DNA of 64,000 nt, from positions 31,635 through 95,634 of the forward strand of contig JAOBJO010000002.1 of assembly GCA_025728535.1 (NCBI GenBank). Direction: 5' to 3'. The notes beneath the pieces were generated by a model, which saw only the letters and a program-made list of their open reading frames with translations, had not been told where the DNA came from and did no database searches. The DNA is from Candidatus Lightella neohaematopini. GTDB taxonomy: Bacteria > Pseudomonadota > Gammaproteobacteria > Enterobacterales > Enterobacteriaceae. Below are positions 60,812 to 64,000 of this stretch, piece after piece; position 1 is the stretch's first letter; the number at the start of each line of letters is the position of its first letter. The position numbers were made by a program, and so were the translations under genes.

Positions 60812-61516
60812 ATGTATAATAAAATAATAATAAAAATTAGTGGTGAAGTATTAAGGAATAATTCTGATACTAATATAGATATTATCTTAGTAAAAAATAT
60901 AGCTCATGAGATAAAAGAACTAGTTCATATGGGGGTAAAGATTGGTTTAGTTATTGGTGGAGGTAATTTTTATAGAGGTTTAAGTTTAAGTAAAATAGGT
61001 ATTAATATAATTAGTAGTCATTATGTTGGAATGTTATCCACAATTATAAATGGATTAGTATTTTGTGATATCTTAGAGAATATGAATGTTAACACAAAAT
61101 TAATATCAAATATTCCTATTAAAAATATATGTAGTTCGTATAATTATAGAGACATAATAAATTTTTTAGAAAAAAATTATGTGTTAATTTTTGTTGCTGG
61201 AACAGGAAATCCGTTTTTTACTACAGATTCGGCTGCTTGTCTGAGAGGAATAGAAATAGATGCTAATATTATATTAAAAGCTACTAAGGTAGATGGTATC
61301 TTTTCTAAAGATCCAATAAAACATTCCGATGCTGTTATGTACAACCATATTACATATAAAGATATATTAAAAAATAAACTAGAAGTTATGGATTTAACTG
61401 CTTTTACTTTAGCTCAAGAACATCATATGATAATACGTATCTTTAACATTAAAAAAAGTGGTATATTAAAAAAAATTATTACTGGTTCTCAAGAAGGTAC
61501 TTTAATTACGGAATAA
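60812..61516 (+). CDS. pyrH: UMP kinase
   Basis: IIIKISGEVL..VIGGGNFYRG..FVAGTGNPFFTTDSAA.LRG.EI....LKATKVDGIFSKDP matches PyrH. Confidence 0.95.
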   Translation: MYNKIIIKISGEVLRNNSDTNIDIILVKNIAHEIKELVHMGVKIGLVIGGGNFYRGLSLSKIGINIISSHYVGMLSTIINGLVFCDILENMNVNTKLISNIPIKNICSSYNYRDIINFLEKNYVLIFVAGTGNPFFTTDSAACLRGIEIDANIILKATKVDGIFSKDPIKHSDAVMYNHITYKDILKNKLEVMDLTAFTLAQEHHMIIRIFNIKKSGILKKIITGSQEGTLITE

Positions 61517-61520
61517 TACA

Positions 61521-62084
61521 ATGAACGAAGAAATTTTATTAAAAACAGAAAAATTAATGGATGATAGTGTGAAATTATTTATCAATAAAATTAATAAAAT
61601 TAACATTTATTGCATTTCACCTAGTTTAATAAAGAATTTAAAAATTAAATATTGTAATAAAGTAATGCTATTACATACTATATCCAGTATAATCGTTGAA
61701 AATAATAACACAATACTTATTGATGTTTTTGATAAAAAATTATTACCATCAATAAAAAAAGCAATTAGGAATTCTAAATTAGAATTAAATCAATCTTATA
61801 TTAATAATAAAATTCGTATTTCTAATCCTATTCTAACTAACGAAAGAAGGCATAACATACTAAAGATAATTAATAATGAATCAGAAATCGCTCGTATCTC
61901 CATAAGAAATATAAGACATAATTCTTTAAACAAAATTAAATCTTCAAATAAAAAAAATAAATCCTTTAATAAGGATGAGTTTAATTTATTAAATAATAAA
62001 ATTCAAGAAATTACTAATTTTTGGATTAAAAAAATAAATAATCAGTATTTAATAAAAGAAAAAGAAATTTTAAACAATAATTAA
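61521..62084 (+). CDS. frr: Ribosome recycling factor
   Basis: 187-aa ORF in the conserved pyrH-frr-dxr order. LTNERRHNILKIINNESEIARISIRNIRHN matches the Frr pattern [30 protein letters not shown]. Confidence 0.9.
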   Translation: MNEEILLKTEKLMDDSVKLFINKINKINIYCISPSLIKNLKIKYCNKVMLLHTISSIIVENNNTILIDVFDKKLLPSIKKAIRNSKLELNQSYINNKIRISNPILTNERRHNILKIINNESEIARISIRNIRHNSLNKIKSSNKKNKSFNKDEFNLLNNKIQEITNFWIKKINNQYLIKEKEILNNN

Positions 62085-62107
62085 TTAATGTATTATTTAA
62101 AATACTA

Positions 62108-63307
62108 ATGAAATATATCACTTTATTAGGTAGTACTGGATCAATTGGATGTAATGTTTTGAATGTAGTAAAACATAATTTGAATTATTTTAAAATTACA
62201 GCATTAGTAGCAAGGAAAAATATTTCTTTAATCATTAAACAATGCTTATTTTTTAAACCAAAATATGTTTGCATGATTAATAAAAAATCAGCAAAGATTT
62301 TAAAGAATTATCTAAGTTCGATTAACAGTAAAATTATAGTATTATCTGGAATAGATGATGCTTGTAATGTTAGTGTACTAAGTAATATTAATATGGTTAT
62401 ATCAGCAATGTCTGGTATTGCTGGGTTATTACCTACTTTTAGTGCATTAAAAGCAGGAAAACGTATATTGTTAGCTAGTAAAGAAATATTAGTTGTATGT
62501 GGTAAAATTTTTATGCAGGAACTAAAAAATAATAAAATTCAGTTACTACCTTTAGATAGTGAACATAGTTCTATTTTCCAAAGTTTACCAATAAAATTTC
62601 AAAAAAATTTAGGCAGAAATAATTTAAAAGATTTTAATATATCAAAAATTATTATTACTGGTTCTGGTGGTCCATTTAGAAAAATTAAAAAAAGTAATTT
62701 AAATTATATTACCCCAGAACAAGCATACAATCATCCAAATTGGAAAATGGGAAAAAAAATTTCTGTAGATTCAGCCACTATGATAAATAAAGGATTTGAA
62801 TACATTGCAGCACGATATTTATTTAATGCGAATGATAAACAAATAGAATTATTAATTCATCCACAATCTATTATTCATTCTATGATATGTTATAACAATG
62901 GTCATATATCTGCACAACTTAGTTATCCTGATATGAAAATATATATTTCTTATGCTATGTATTACCCAAATTCTGTTACTTCAAAATTAAGATTACTTGA
63001 TTTACATAACTTGAATAAAATAAATTTTGAAAGTATTAATTTTAATAGATATCCTTGTTTAAAATTAGCTATTGAAGCTAATAACACAAATCAGTCATCT
63101 GTTATTATATTAAATGCAGCTAATGAAGTAGCAGTATATGCTTTTATTAATAAATTAATAAAATTTACCGATATAATAATTATTAATAAATTAGTATTGG
63201 AGAAATTAAATTTTTTAGAACCTAAAGATGTACAAGAAGTTATATATATATATAAAATAGTAAAAAGATTTACTAAAAAAATAATATTTACTAAATTCGG
63301 TAAATAG
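62108..63307 (+). CDS. dxr: 1-deoxy-D-xylulose-5-phosphate reductoisomerase
   Basis: ITLLGSTGSIGCNVLNVV (NADPH motif), LASKE, LPLDSEHSSIFQ, TGSGGPFR, NHPNWKMGKKISVDSATMINKGFE and IHPQSIIHSM. Confidence 0.95.
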   Translation: MKYITLLGSTGSIGCNVLNVVKHNLNYFKITALVARKNISLIIKQCLFFKPKYVCMINKKSAKILKNYLSSINSKIIVLSGIDDACNVSVLSNINMVISAMSGIAGLLPTFSALKAGKRILLASKEILVVCGKIFMQELKNNKIQLLPLDSEHSSIFQSLPIKFQKNLGRNNLKDFNISKIIITGSGGPFRKIKKSNLNYITPEQAYNHPNWKMGKKISVDSATMINKGFEYIAARYLFNANDKQIELLIHPQSIIHSMICYNNGHISAQLSYPDMKIYISYAMYYPNSVTSKLRLLDLHNLNKINFESINFNRYPCLKLAIEANNTNQSSVIILNAANEVAVYAFINKLIKFTDIIIINKLVLEKLNFLEPKDVQEVIYIYKIVKRFTKKIIFTKFGK

Positions 63308-63351
63308 TAAGTGTAAATTAGATATCTAATTAATATTAATGAGAAAATAAT

Positions 63352-64000
63352 TTGTTATTATCTAATATAAATATACCAAAACATATTGCTATTATTATGG
63401 ACGGTAATAGACGTTGGGCAAAAATTAAAGGTAAATTAAGTATTTTTGGGCATCAAGAAGGAGTACGATCAGCTGGGCGTGCTATAGAGTTTGCAATAAA
63501 AAATAATCTTAATACGCTAACATTATATGCTTTTAGTAGTGAAAATTGGAATAGATCAATATCAGAAGTAAAATCGTTGATGGAATTATTTCAGTATTCC
63601 CTAAAAAACGGAATATATAATTTACATAACAAAAAAGTTAGATTAAAGATTATTGGTGACACATCTAAATTTGAAAAGTCCTTAAAAAGGCTCATTTTTA
63701 ATTCAGAAGAGTTAACTAAAAATAATCATGGGTTAAATTTAAATATTGCTATAAATTATGGTGGTAGATGGGATATAATTCAAGGTATAAAAAAGATTAT
63801 TAATAAAGTACAAAAAGGATTAATTAATCCAAATCAAATAAATGAACAAACTTTATGTCAAGTCATATCCATGAATGATTTAGATCCTGTAGATTTAGTA
63901 ATACGTACAGGAGGTGAATATAGAATTAGTAATTTTTTATTATGGCAAATAGCATATTCAGAATTATTTTTTACTGATGTGTTGTGGCCAGATTTTAATG
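63352..64000 (+). CDS. uppS: Undecaprenyl-diphosphate synthase, 5' portion; the 3' end lies beyond the right window edge
   Basis: Not in the ORF track because no stop falls in the window. Translation from the TTG at 63352 reads (M)LLSNINIPKHIAIIMDGNRRWAKIKG..FGHQEG..LTLYAFSSENWNRS..ELF..LKIIGDTSKF..LNIAINYGGRWDI..DLVIRTGGEYRISNFLLWQIAYSELFFTDVLWPDF, colinear with E. coli UppS. The start codon is uncertain: an in-frame TGA lies 4 codons upstream of the TTG. Confidence 0.88.
   Translation, partial: MLLSNINIPKHIAIIMDGNRRWAKIKGKLSIFGHQEGVRSAGRAIEFAIKNNLNTLTLYAFSSENWNRSISEVKSLMELFQYSLKNGIYNLHNKKVRLKIIGDTSKFEKSLKRLIFNSEELTKNNHGLNLNIAINYGGRWDIIQGIKKIINKVQKGLINPNQINEQTLCQVISMNDLDPVDLVIRTGGEYRISNFLLWQIAYSELFFTDVLWPDFN

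Overview
This is a very AT-rich bacterial chromosome segment (by eye about four-fifths A+T, not computed) with very high gene density. Every long ORF is a recognisable gammaproteobacterial housekeeping gene. Gene order is a patchwork of collapsed E. coli-type synteny blocks: sufB | pheT-pheS-rplT-rpmI-infC-thrS | ydjM; serC; rpsI-rplM / degQ / murA-ibaG / kdsD-kdsC-lptA-lptB; gmk-rpoZ; trxB-infA; tRNA-Leu(CAA)-lptG-lptF / valS; fabA; yccA / tRNA-Ser; pgsA-tRNA-Cys-tRNA-Leu(UAA); yajC-ribD-ribH-nusB-thiL-pgpA / dxs / panE-yajR-cyoEDCBA / clpP-clpX-lon / mdlA-mdlB / ffs / apt-dnaX-recR-htpG-adk / qmcA; serS; dapA; dapD-map / rpsB-tsf-pyrH-frr-dxr-uppS. That pattern is typical of a reduced-genome Enterobacterales insect endosymbiont. 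Retention of LPS transport (kdsCD, lptA/B/F/G), cytochrome bo oxidase and vitamin/cofactor genes (ribD, ribH, thiL, dxs, panE) at this AT content looks Wigglesworthia-like, but I cannot confirm the organism without a database search. I call 65 protein genes (2 cut by the window edges, 1 frameshifted), 6 tRNAs, the 4.5S RNA with a near-consensus promoter, two hairpin terminator candidates and one in-frame tandem repeat. I found no mobile elements, CRISPR, prophage, defence or toxin systems, and no ORF of unknown function, so I do not see a novel multi-gene system here. The points most worth a second look are: (1) lptB is split by a frameshift inside an A10 run, and the reconstructed protein is exactly full length; (2) thrS lacks the whole N-terminal TGS and editing region; (3) lptC is missing from its canonical slot while lptA/B/F/G remain; (4) dnaX is gamma-sized or shorter, with no tau C-terminus; (5) infC keeps its ATT start codon and so is invisible to the ORF track; (6) qmcA contains a homogenised 33-bp tandem repeat; (7) there is a tRNA-Lys with anticodon CUU in a genome where AAA codons dominate.
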